Shown: positions 36,603 through 48,281 of the stretch, piece by piece
Layout of the letters: every line of letters starts with the position of its first letter
Position numbering within the stretch: the first letter of the stretch is position 1
Assembly: GCA_034780895.1 (NCBI GenBank)
Contig: JAUZTB010008443.1
Span: forward strand, 1 to 64,000
From: Rhynchobatus australiae
Taxonomy: Eukaryota
Length of the DNA: 64,000 nt
Reading direction: 5' to 3'
The notes under the pieces: generated by a model
What the model was told of the DNA's origin: nothing
The model's database searches: none
What the model saw: the letters and a program-made list of their open reading frames with translations, nothing else
Position numbers and translations under genes: made by a program

Positions 36603-36879
36603 ACTTTAGATTATGTTTTAAAATATAAAAAAATTTCTATATTTAATTTTATGAAATTCTCAAAATTTAAATACCAAATTAAACATCTTAAATTTACGAG
36701 TTTGAGAGTAAATATAATTAAAAATATGAGCTATCTATTTTTAAAAAATGATCTTAAAGACTTAATCAATATTAACAATTTAACAACTTAATTACGCTTG
36801 ATAAGAATATAAAGCAATGCAAACGACTTTTAACAATTTTTTTTAAAACATATTAATAAAAAAATAATAAAGGAAAACC

Positions 36880-39738
36880 ATGTTATTTATTAAGAAGACT
36901 TGGATTAAACTAAGTCTTGTTGCCGCCGCCTTCATAAGCGTAACTCTATCAATTTCTTGTACAAATAAAAAAACAAATGCGAGTGATAATTCGACTGTCA
37001 CTTTTACTGAAAACGCTAGCGATATTACTTTCGAAAAAGCGCTACACAATTTACAAATCATTGCCAATTCGCGATTTGGTGAAGAATTCAATGGAGAACA
37101 AGTAACAGTTGCAAATGTTATTCCAAATAGCGATATCGCAGTTATTAAAGGTAGACAAGTTTTTGAAAGATTGTCAAGTAATTTTCCAAATCTACCTTTT
37201 TATTTTGAAGTAAGTACTTCATCATGAAATGGTCCTAGTAAGCGGGCTAATCTTTTCATTTCCCAATTAATAAGAACTGCAGCAATCGGACAAGCTTTAT
37301 TCGATGTTAAAATCGTTAATGATAATGGCGTTATTAAAAATGAAATTATTGTGCAACAACCATCATTAGATTTTTTGAAATTAGAATTAATTAAGACTGT
37401 TGAAATCACTTTAGATAATGGTTCAGTAAAAATTTATGATAATGATAAGCATGAAAAACTTCCAAAATTCCCAGAAAAAAAATTTAGTGAATCTTCATAT
37501 AAGTTAAGTTCAGAAGACCCAAGATCAATTAACAATCCACTATTTTTTGATGATTTAAAAAAGGCTAAAAAAATTAGTTTATCAGTTAAAGAAAACGTTC
37601 CTTGGGTTAATCATAAAGGTGAAAAAAGTAAATATTTTGTTAAAGTTGAAGATTTTTTTACTTCATATTTAAGAACACAACTAGTTGATAGTGAATTTAG
37701 ACGAAAAAATGGTGGATCAAAAGAATTGGACGATATTCTTTTAAGTGAAACAAATCAAATTCGCTTTGATGATACTAGCAAAATGGGCGCTTCTTATTTA
37801 TATGATCTTTATGGTATTAATGAAAAGCTTTTGTGAGATCGTAAAGCAACGATTACCAAAAACACTTTAAACGAAGAAGCCTTTACTGTTTATACTCTTG
37901 AAAAAGCAAATAATAAGCGCTTCGATTTGGCTTTTAAATTATTTTTTATTAATAATACGACTTTTTTACCAGCACCAACTCAATACATTAAAGATAATAA
38001 TGAAAAATTTAATACAATTGTTGGAAAGCGAAAAACAACCGATACTGAAACTATTACAAGAAAAGTTAGTGGCCTAGCCAATGAAACTGGATTTTACTGA
38101 TACGGAAAAAATCTTGATACTATTTTATTTGCTACACCATTTTTGCCAAACAAAGTTATTAATAACGCTTCCGAAGGCATGATTACTTTTAAAGTTAATC
38201 CGCACTATGTTGATCAAACATGGGTGAATTCAAAAACACGAATTTTAGATCACACCACACAATATCAAAAATCAACAGACGCAAGCGCTTTACAAACTCG
38301 CCTTTATAACGGTTTTGCTACAGGAATCTTAACCCATCTTGCTCTTTCAGAAATTCCTGATAGTAATCGCCAAGCAATTATTTCAGGAACAGATTCACTT
38401 TTAAAACCGTCCACTAAATTTTTAGATTACACTATTGCTAAAAATTTTGTTGCTTCACAAAACGATTGAATGTGAGTTGTCCATCCTAAGTCTAACACCA
38501 TAACTAGCGAAATTAAAAACGGCAAAAGCGTTATTAAAATTACTGAACCGAATTATAAATGAAACAATAATTACGCCAAAATTGTTTATGGAACTACAAT
38601 TTCCAAATTAAAAGAAGGCAAAGAACGAGTGGCAAAACACTTTTTTAAAGGTGATGGTGTTACATTTAGAACATTGATTACAAGTGCCATTAATTTAGTC
38701 ACGCAGGCTAATAATTTAAGTGCAAGAGTTTCTAAAACGTGATTTTCTCACTGACCTACTGATATAGATTTAGCAGGGAGCGATCATCAAAGCGCTACTT
38801 TTAAAACGCCCCGTGATGGTTTTGATCTCATTAATTCCACTTTTGTTGTTAAAGACAATAAAAGAATCTTAGAAACAACTTATGATCAATATTTGCAAGG
38901 TTCATTTAACCCTCTAGAAGAAAAAGCGTTTCGTAATCCCCAATTTCAAAAATTACAAGCAATTATGACTGAATTACTAGACAAAAAAGAATACTTAGAA
39001 ATTACTAAAGATAAGCCAATTGAAGCCGATATTAGCTATTGATTAACTAGTTGAGATTTCATTCGCAGTCACAATATTGATAGTACAGTAGCAGCCATTA
39101 ATGCTCTTGATAAAAAAGGCAGAATTCGTTTTAGAGCTACTAAAGCGACTGATGGCGGCACCCTTTTTGATCATTTTGTGCGTCAAGAAGGAACCATGGA
39201 AGCACACGGTTGGGCTGCAGAATATCCTGGAGCAGCAAGCTTTTTGCAAAGTACAATGATGGGACAAGGCATTACTTTACTTTCTGCACTTGGAGTTTAT
39301 GGAGACGATCCTGTTGATTCCGAAGCCTTCCCTGAATTACAAAAAGTAGCAAGGTCCTTAAAGAAAAATATTGGTAAAGGTAATGGCTTACAACTACGTT
39401 TTAAAGTTCCTTTTGAAAACTGAAAAAATTTAACTAATGGTGAAGCTGAAAATATGCATCAATGATTAGATTTAGAAGTTGATGGCAAAATGAGTAATTA
39501 CGCTAGTGAATTAGCACGTTTTTTCTTATATTATCAAAATCAAATTACTAATCAACAATGGATTAATTTAATTCGTGAAGTTACAATGCTTTGAAGCAGT
39601 CTTTTCCAGCATCGTAATATCATTTCTGATTTAAAAACTGGTAATCCTTCTCTAGTCCAGCCAGGATACATAATTCCTAAAACTAGCGCCAATACTTCAT
39701 ATTTTAATGATGTTCGTTTTATTATTCGTGATAATTAA
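36880..39738 (+). CDS. oppA: Stand-alone OppA-family lipoprotein paralog P3 (952 aa)
   Basis: AAGGA RBS; lipobox SISC; GWAAEY; ends RFIIRDN. Confidence 0.87.
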
Positions 39739-39757
39739 TTAAATAAATTTTTAATAC

Positions 39758-39790
39758 AAAAAGATCAAAATTTTTGATCTTTTTTCTTTT
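39758..39790 (+). terminator. Intrinsic terminator after P3
   Basis: AAAAAGATCAAAA-t-TTTTGATCTTTTT followed by a T-rich tail. Confidence 0.7.
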
Positions 39791-40045
39791 CTTAAGTTAA
39801 TTTTTATCAATTTTAAATTTTTTTGTATTTATTTTTTTTAAAAAGGAACTTTTTGTTGATTTAAAATTTGTAAGAATATAATTTAGGCAACATCATTTCA
39901 TTTAAATAAGGAGTCATTAACGAAAGTAGTTTTACTTACAAATTAGAAGTTAGTTAATCGCTTAACTAAAGTCCAATTTAAAAATATGAAATTACTTTAT
40001 TAAATTGTAATTTACTTTAACAAATCATAGTATAAGAAGGAAATC

Positions 40046-41230
40046 ATGGAAGAGTATCAAAATCTAGAACGAATAAAGTCTAATTTAGCTGAAAACCATT
40101 TTCAACTTTTTGATCAAGAAGCAAGAACGTTTGTCAAAGCGCCAGCGCGCATTAATATTATTGGAGAACATATTGACTATTTAGGTGGCAAAGTTTTACC
40201 AGCAAATTTAGACATATATTTATTTGCAGCTTTTTCTAAAAGCAAAAAATTTCATTTTTATTCGAGTAAAGTTTCACGCAAAATCTTAACTTTTGATGAT
40301 CAAAACAAATTCCACTTTATACCTACTTATGGTTATGCCAATTATGTTTTAGGAATTGTTCAAACCTTACGTGATCATGGTCATCGCATTAGTCCATTTT
40401 CTTTTAATTTAGTAACGCAGATGCCAATTGCATCAGGACTTTCTTCTTCATCGGCTTTTGGGGTTTTAATATTAGTCGCTTTGCGCAAAATGTTTGCACT
40501 AAAAATGAATAATACTGAAATTGCTAAAACTTTTCAAGAAGTCGAAAATAACTATCTAAATTTAAAAAATGGGATTATGTCTAAATTCATTATTAGTAAC
40601 GGTTTAAAAGACACGGCAATGCTTCTTGACATATCCGATTTATCTTATCAATTAGTTAAAATAGGCGATCTTCAAGGTGCTAGATTTTGAATTATTAATT
40701 CCAATAAAGCGCGAGCCGTGGTTGATTCGAAAATCAATAAACGTCTACTAGAAACATCTAAAGCCTTAAAATATTTAAAAGCTCACTTTAATCAAAATTT
40801 TGTTAATTTATCTTCTCTTCCTTTTAAACAAAAGGAACAAATTCTTAAGGTTTTAAAAAATCCAATTTTAAAGATGCGAACGCAATACGTTATTGAGGAA
40901 AATGAGCGCATTAATAATATCATTAAAGCCTTTGATAATAACGATGCTTTAGAAGTTGGTAAAATTCTTAATGATGCTCATCAAGGGCTTAAAAATTTGT
41001 ATCAAGTAACTTCGCCAGAACTAGATTTTATTCATGATTATTTAAACCAAATTCCTGATGTTTTAGGTGTAAAAATGACTGGAGTTGGTTTTGGTGGTTC
41101 TTTAATAGCTTTAACAAAATTTAACGATCAAAGTTTTTTTGATGATTTTTTAAAAGCATATAAAGAAAAATTTAATTTAGAAGCCGAAATATATCCTATT
41201 AATTTTGTCGATCATGCCAAAATTTTTTAA
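40046..41230 (+). CDS. galK: Galactokinase-family (GHMP) sugar kinase with divergent active site (394 aa)
   Basis: APARINIIGEHIDY, MPIASGLSSSSA, KMTGVGFGG; one TGA read-through at 40688; AAGG RBS. Confidence 0.85.
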
Positions 41231-41350
41231 TTGCTAATTTTGTTTAACGTTCCATGAAAATTGCTTTAACCAAAACTAAAGCTAAAGTAATATTTAAATA
41301 TTAATTTTTTAGAATTAAAAAAATTATAAATTAAACTAAAACAAAAAAAA

Positions 41351-41371
41351 TCCTATTTGATCAAAATAGGA
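41351..41371. terminator. Hairpin between convergent galK and GH31 genes
   Basis: TCCTATTT-gatca-AAATAGGA preceded by an A run. Confidence 0.45.
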
Positions 41372-42353
41372 CTTATCAAATTATTTTTTTATTTAGTGCT
41401 TCTTATTTACAAAAGGAACTAATCTAATCGTTTTAGATCAGCAAATTAATTTCTTTGTTAATTTATTTATTTTTAATAAAGAAAACATTCAAAAATTATC
41501 AATTTCAAATTAATATAAAACGCTTTAAAACTTTTACAAATAAAATTATTGTGTTTCCTAAATTTGAAAAGCAAAAACTAGCTTAGTAGTATATTAATAT
41601 TTTGTTTTTTTTGTATTTTGATAATCTTTAAAAAAACTATGTTTGCTATTTTTAAAGATTAAAATATGTTCTTATTATCAAAAAATAAATATTCTTATCA
41701 CTTTTAAATATTAATGATCATGATAGTTTTTTTAAAAACTTAATTGTAAAATTTGGTAGCTTTATTTTAACTTTAGTCGATTTAAAATTTTTTTAATTTT
41801 GCCTTAATTTAAAGTCTTATTTTGATTTTATCTTTAATCATTAATGTCCTAATCAAAAGTGCGCATTTTAATAAAATTTAGCTCAAAAAATTAAACATTT
41901 TAATTTCAAAATAAAGATGCTTATTTTTACATCACAAATGTTAATTTAAAAAGTCTTGTTTCTTTATTTTTAGAGTATGGTTAATTTTTTAAATAGCTAA
42001 AAATCTCAATAACAAAAAGGAAATAAATAGTAATGTTTTTTTGATTAATCTGAGTAACTCTTAGATTAACTTTTAAGACTAAAATAAGCTTTTTTAAAAA
42101 GTTGCCTTACTTCTTATAAAAGATTTAACTTTACTTTTGAAAACATGGAACAAAATTTCAAAGCGTTTAAAAAAGTTATTTTAGAAAATTGCATCTTCTT
42201 TTTAAAAGCTAACTAAAATTAAGAGTTTAGCTTATTTTAATAAGCAATTTTGCTATTATTTTAAATTGAATGGATCAAGCAAAGCCTTTAAAGATTGTAA
42301 AAAATTATGTTATTGAGCTTTTGATTTTGAATATTTAATTTAAATTATTTTTT

Positions 42354-43877
42354 CTAAGTTTTTTTAATTTTTTTAAAAATTAAAATTGAATCTAAATCAA
42401 TATCTACGATGTAATGGTGTAAACCGTGATAATAGCGTTTTTGATATTCTCACATGCCTGAGGGTAAATAAATAAGTCGTTGCTTTCGGTTTTTTTCTAT
42501 AATGGCAAATACAAAAATATCAGGTCCCAACATAAAACTATGTTTATCAAGATATCGTAATGGTAGTTTTTCATAAAATTCAGGAAAAGTTCAAAGCGGT
42601 TCACCAGTTTTTAAATAATTATTAATACGACTTTTAACAAGCGAAGTGTAAAGTTTTCTTTTATCCATTAATTTCTTAAAAAGAGGATAGTGTTTTTTAT
42701 CTAATACTTCTTGTGGCAGTGCCGAAAACTGTAAGATAGGTGAAAAAATTGCCAAAGCTAATCAACGTAAAAATAACTCTTGATCAAACGAAGTTTTATT
42801 TTTATAAAAATCTTTAATCTGACCGCCAATTAAATCAAGAACACCAATAAAATAACCCATAAGGGAACCATTACAATAATTAGGCACTAAAGTATTTATC
42901 CCAGATTGATCTCAACTATGTTTACGATCATGCAAACGTTGATTAATATTTGAAAAGTTAAAATTCATAGTTGTACGCATTTCATTATTGCTAAATTGAG
43001 TTGCAAATTTTGAATAAAGAAAATTATGATCGATAGCTTCTGATCTTGGTTCAACTTTAGCATTTTCAAGAAAATATGCTTCGCCACCATCAAATTTAAA
43101 TCCAGAAATTCCATAATCAGACATTAATTTTTGCAAAATATTTTTTATATAATTTCAAACTTTTTGATTTTTAAAATTAAATACATATGCATCACCTTTT
43201 CATCATTTAATTACTAAAGGTTGCTCTTTACTATTTTTAACTAAAAAATTATCTTCTTGAAATTTTTTTATTAAAGGCATTTTTAAACTTACATACGGAA
43301 CAATTCATAATCAAACTTTGAAATTCATTTTTTTTAATTCTTGTACTAAAAAAGCGGGATCTGAAATTTTTGAAGTATCAAAATTTAAATCACCATAATT
43401 TTTCATTCAACCATCATCAATGATTAAAGTTTTTTTACCAGGAAATTCTTGGTTAATTTTTTTAGCGTATTCTAAAATATTTTGTGTTGTAGTTTCAACA
43501 TTCATTGCAAGCAAAGTACTAAATTGAAACGATTCAACAAATTTTAAAAAACTTGGATCACCTTTGGGTGCGGCAAAGGTTTTTGCTCAATCAGCAAAAG
43601 CGGCAGCCATATTTTTGAAATTGTCTTTTTTAACTATAGTACTTTTAGCTTCTAAAGTTATGGCACCTCTTTTAGCACTAATTTTTAAGCCTTCTGGAGC
43701 ATGAAAATATTTACCATAATTTGAGAAAAGAATTCCACTTGTTTGATTATCAGTACGATTAATAAAGTTACTAAAAGTAAAATCGCTATTTTCATCAATT
43801 GGATATTTATAACCTAAAGCAGTGCTAAGACCGTAGAGGCGTTCATTTTTTTGTAATTGAAAACTGATTTTGTTCAT
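42354..43877 (-). CDS. Glycoside hydrolase family 31, MYORG/KIAA1161-like (probable alpha-galactosidase), 507 aa, no signal peptide
   Basis: LIIDDGW, GFKFDGGE (nucleophile Asp), GYFIGVLDLIGG (acid/base Asp), ELFLRWL...PILQFS, FMLGPD, YLPSGMW. Confidence 0.85.
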
Positions 43878-46800
43878 ATTCCTAGCCTTTTTTAAATTTA
43901 ATATAAATAAATTTTAACTGTATAAAACTTAAACGTATTATTAACTAAATTTTATATTTATACATTATAAAAATTAATTAAATGCATATAAAATGTTTTT
44001 ATCATGATTATGAGCTAATATCTTAATATTTGTATTTACGAAACTAAGAATCAATAAAACTTATTGTTAAGTAATGTAATTTATGCATTTGTGTTAAAAG
44101 TTAATATTTAGTAATAATTTTAAAAATTTTAATAAAGTTTAAAAAGGATTTATAGATATGTATGAAAATTGTTTATGCCGATAGTTTTTTTGATAATATT
44201 TTTTTCGTTAATTTAAATTTTTGTTTTTCCAATTTATCAAGAAGTAATGATTTTTTAAAGAAGATTTAGTCCTAGAACGATTCCTATGTATTATTATTAC
44301 AAGTTTTAAAAATTACAATTATTTGTTTTAAAAAACTTCTTCAGGATTTATAAGTTTTGAATTTAAATAATTACTTTTTTAAATTAATGATGCTATTTTT
44401 GAAATCTGTAATTAATATATTTATTTTTTAAAACTATATTCTTTTTTGTTCTTGAAGCTTTTAAAGCAGAATATTGATTTTAAAAAGTTAATTTAATAAA
44501 ATCAAATAATTAGATTTTTAAGAAAATATTAAAAATTTTTTTAAAAGAAAAAGAAACTAAATTTTTTTTATCTTATTTATGAATAAGGAAATAATTTATT
44601 ACTTTCCCTAGATCATTTAGTTTGTATTAAAATTAGTATTTATATTAAATTTTAATTGTATTTATGAGTGACTAATAATCAAATTTTTATTTACTAAAAA
44701 ATTGTTTATAAAACAATTTAAGTCTAATAATTAGGACAAAATTAATTTAAATAATTTAGGAAGATTTAATTAATTTTTAAAGTAGTTTTAATTTGTCAAA
44801 AGCATAAAATAAAAAAGTTTGTATCCAGATTTAAATAAAGAAAAGATCTTTAAATTTTGTGTTTTTCATAATTATGTAAATGATTTTTTAAAATAGTTAG
44901 ATTTAAAAGTTAGGATCTTGATAATCTTTTATTTAAAAATTAAATTGTATTTTTAGAGATTTCATTTTAAGTTTATTAAAAAATGATTAGAGCAAAATAC
45001 TCTTTATTTTTTTGCTTATTTTATTTTCATGAAGTGTCAATTTAGTTCCCTTACTAGCTACTTAAACGCTTATTAAATCGTTAATATTAACAACGCACAA
45101 GCAAATAAACGTTTAATATATAATGATCTTTTAATAACATCAGTTTAATAAAAACTTTTTAAAAGATTGTTTAAATAGAAAATAACTTGAGACTATAAAA
45201 AACTTCACTTCAGAAAATATATTTTTATTTAAGAATATTATTTATGCTTCTAGTTTTGATATTAAAAGTATTTTAATTATTGTAATTTATTAGTAAAAAA
45301 TTTACGATATTGAAATCTTAAAGCAGATATTTTAAAAATTAAGTTCTTTAAAATTTCATTTTTTTCCTTTCTTTTAAATTCACAATTAGGACAAACAAAA
45401 AGAACATTTGTTTTTTTATTAATGACTTAAAAATTGGATATATTATCACGATACACTTTTAAAAAACGCTTCAAAATTAATCTGGCTTTTGATACTTACG
45501 ACTTTTGCGTAAGCAACTTTATTATGAAGAAGAAGATAATAGTTTTTTATTGTTTAATTGTCGAATACTTAGGTAAATAATTTATCTAAGATAATTTTAG
45601 CATAAGTACTTTGGCTTAATTTTTAGTTGAAACAAATGATAATTTTTTGAATTACAAATAACGATAAATTATTTTTAAATAACGAAAAAAATATGATTGT
45701 ACGATTTTGATTTTAATTTTAATTTTGGAATAAATTTTTATTATTAAGAACAAAAACTTGTTTATTAAAAATTTTATATTTAGAAACTTGAAATAGAATA
45801 GATAAAATAATCACCTTACTATAATCAAAAAAATATAAAGTTTATTAGTTGTAAAAATTTTTAATTCATTTTTTGAACTGAAATTTTTAATTTTTTAATT
45901 ATTGTGAACCGATAAAAAAATTAATATAAACAATAATTTAGATGAAATTTTAAAATAAAATTGTGATTTTTAAATTTAAAGTTTGATACTGTTTTTAGAC
46001 ATTAAATAATTAGATTTTTTTTAGTCTTAAAAAGATTTATTTGGGCATATAAAGTTCAAACTTTCTTATATATATAATTTATTTTTTGTAATTAATTGTA
46101 TTTCAAGATTACATCAAGCATTAGCAATAATGAAATCGTCTTGTACGAATGTATAAAAAAATAAAGATATTTACTCTTTAGTTTTATATATATAAATTAT
46201 CTTTGGCAATTATGGATTTTCTTTTTTATACTAAGAGAAGATGAGAATTTAAATACATTACTTTAAACATTAAAAATACTATTTTAATAAATAAAGATAA
46301 TTAATATTATATTTTTTAAAATTTCTTTTAAAAACTTTAACACTAATCGTAATTAGCTAATGTTACTAAATACTTGTTTATGATTTTTTTCAATGATTTC
46401 TTAAATGAATTTTTTTTATTTAAAAGAAAAGTTAATCTCAAATTTAAAAACTTTAAAAATCGGTTAAATAAAAAAGTTTTATTATTAGTGGCGCATGACA
46501 ATTGACTATTTAATCAACTTTTATTTTGTTTTCTTATTTTTTAAAGTAATTACTGTTTATTATAAATTTTTAGTTATGCATAAACGTTTATGATTCAAAA
46601 GTATTTTGATGCAAGCTTGAAATAGGCTTATTAAGTATTAAAAAGTTTATTTATATAAAAAAGATTTAATTACTTCGTTTAATAAAAACAATTGAAAACT
46701 CAATTAAATTAATTTTAAAAAAGTCATTTCAAAATATTAAAAAGTTAAAGTATCAAATATTGATTTTTAATTTAAAAATTAATCTAAATTTGTAATTAAT

Positions 46801-47213
46801 TTAATGATAAGAATAAAGATTTATAAATTTAGAAAAGGTAATTTTTATTTAATTTTTTATCTTTATAAAAGTGCTGATTTCACAATTTACTTGACTTTAT
46901 TTTTAGTTGTTTTTAAAGATCATCAATTATTAATAACGCATGAGTCTTAGCATGGAAGTTATTTTAAAAGCGTATTTAAAAATTTTTTTAGTCAATAGAT
47001 TAACTTTTGTTCTTTTATGAAATGAAAGCTTTTAATTTTAGATTTTAAAACTTTTTCTTTTGTAAATATTAAAAAAACTTTTTAACGATCACTATCGCTA
47101 AATCTTGCGACGTAAAGGTTTCTTTATCTCTTCTTTGCAATTAATTTTTCAAAAAAAAATTAATTTTAAATATTATTTTTTTTAAAACTAAAAGCAATTT
47201 TCTATTGCTTTAA

Positions 47214-47243
47214 AAAAACGTTCTTGTAAAAATGAACGTTTTT
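47214..47243 (-). terminator. Probable terminator of 47262-48281
   Basis: AAAAACGTTC-10 nt-GAACGTTTTT; second hairpin AAAGCAAT/ATTGCTTT at 47191-47211. Confidence 0.55.
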
Positions 47244-47261
47244 AAATTATTTTTAAAGTTT

Positions 47262-48281
47262 TTAAGTTAAATCCGGATCAGTAATACTAATAATTTTTTT
47301 GCTTAATTCTTCTTTAGTAAAATCTTCATAACCAAAAATATTAAGTTTTGAAGCAATTTTATTGAGCTGAGCCCTTGATAAAATGTAAAGTTGCGACAGT
47401 TTTTCTTCGTATTCTTTAGAATGAGCAATTTTATTATTGTTATTGTTTTGATTATTTTGATTTGATTGTTGTTGATTTTTATTGGTTGCACCAAAAGAGT
47501 TATTAGGCTGGCGATTTTGATTACGTTTCATAAACTCTTGAAACGAAGGAGAATTAACAAATGGATTATTGTTAAAGTCGTTTTGACTGAAACTTTTTCG
47601 CATTTCTTCTTCAAAAATTCTTTTTTGTTCAGTGATATAAACGCTTAAGTATGTTTTTTTGATATTATTGTAAGTTCGACCCAAAATAATTCAGAATAAA
47701 AATAATAAAATAATGGAAATAATATTAATAATTTCAGGAATATGACCTAAGATATTGTTATCTTTTGCTTGATTAAACAAAATGCTAATACCATTGACAT
47801 AAGTAAGCACCGAATTGCCAAATATATGAGGAATAAAAGAAATTGCATCAACAATTAAAATAATAACAATGGCACGATAAGCTCAGGGCGAGAGTAAATG
47901 GTAAGACTCAAAAGATTCACTTTTTTTTCAACCTAAAGTAAAGGAAACTAAGGCAACAACACTAAATATAAAAACTGCAACGCCTAAAATGATGAAATTA
48001 TTAACATAGTCACTTTTAATTCTAACTATTTCAACTGGATTATCTCCTGTTTGTTGACGTTTTATATAATTAGAAAAAGCTTGAACGGTATCATCAATAA
48101 AAATGACACGTAACATAAGAACAATAAAAGTTATTAAAACAAAAAAAACAAGACCAGCAGCAAAAGCAATTAATCACTTTTGTTGTTCTTTGCGATTGTT
48201 TCATAATTCCTTGAAAACATCAGGATTAATTTTGCTTTCAATAAATTCGTTTTGGTTGTTGGAATTAAAATTAGGAAACAT
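47262..48281 (-). CDS. Membrane protein (about 4 TM) with N/Q-rich linker and C-terminal Rho_N-like helical domain (339 aa)
   Basis: GGAG RBS, ATG at 48281; C-terminus LSRAQLNKIASKLNIFGYEDFTKEELSKKI resembles Rho N-terminal/HeH motif. Confidence 0.75.

Noticed and set aside
10213-44790. AAAGTAGTTTT at about 10213, 39923 and 44779 as a regulon operator
   Set aside because: An 11-mer in very AT-rich DNA with inconsistent orientation and position; compatible with chance
43878-47261. Replication origin in the AT-rich desert
   Set aside because: No TTATCCACA-type box cluster noticed and no dnaA/dnaN nearby
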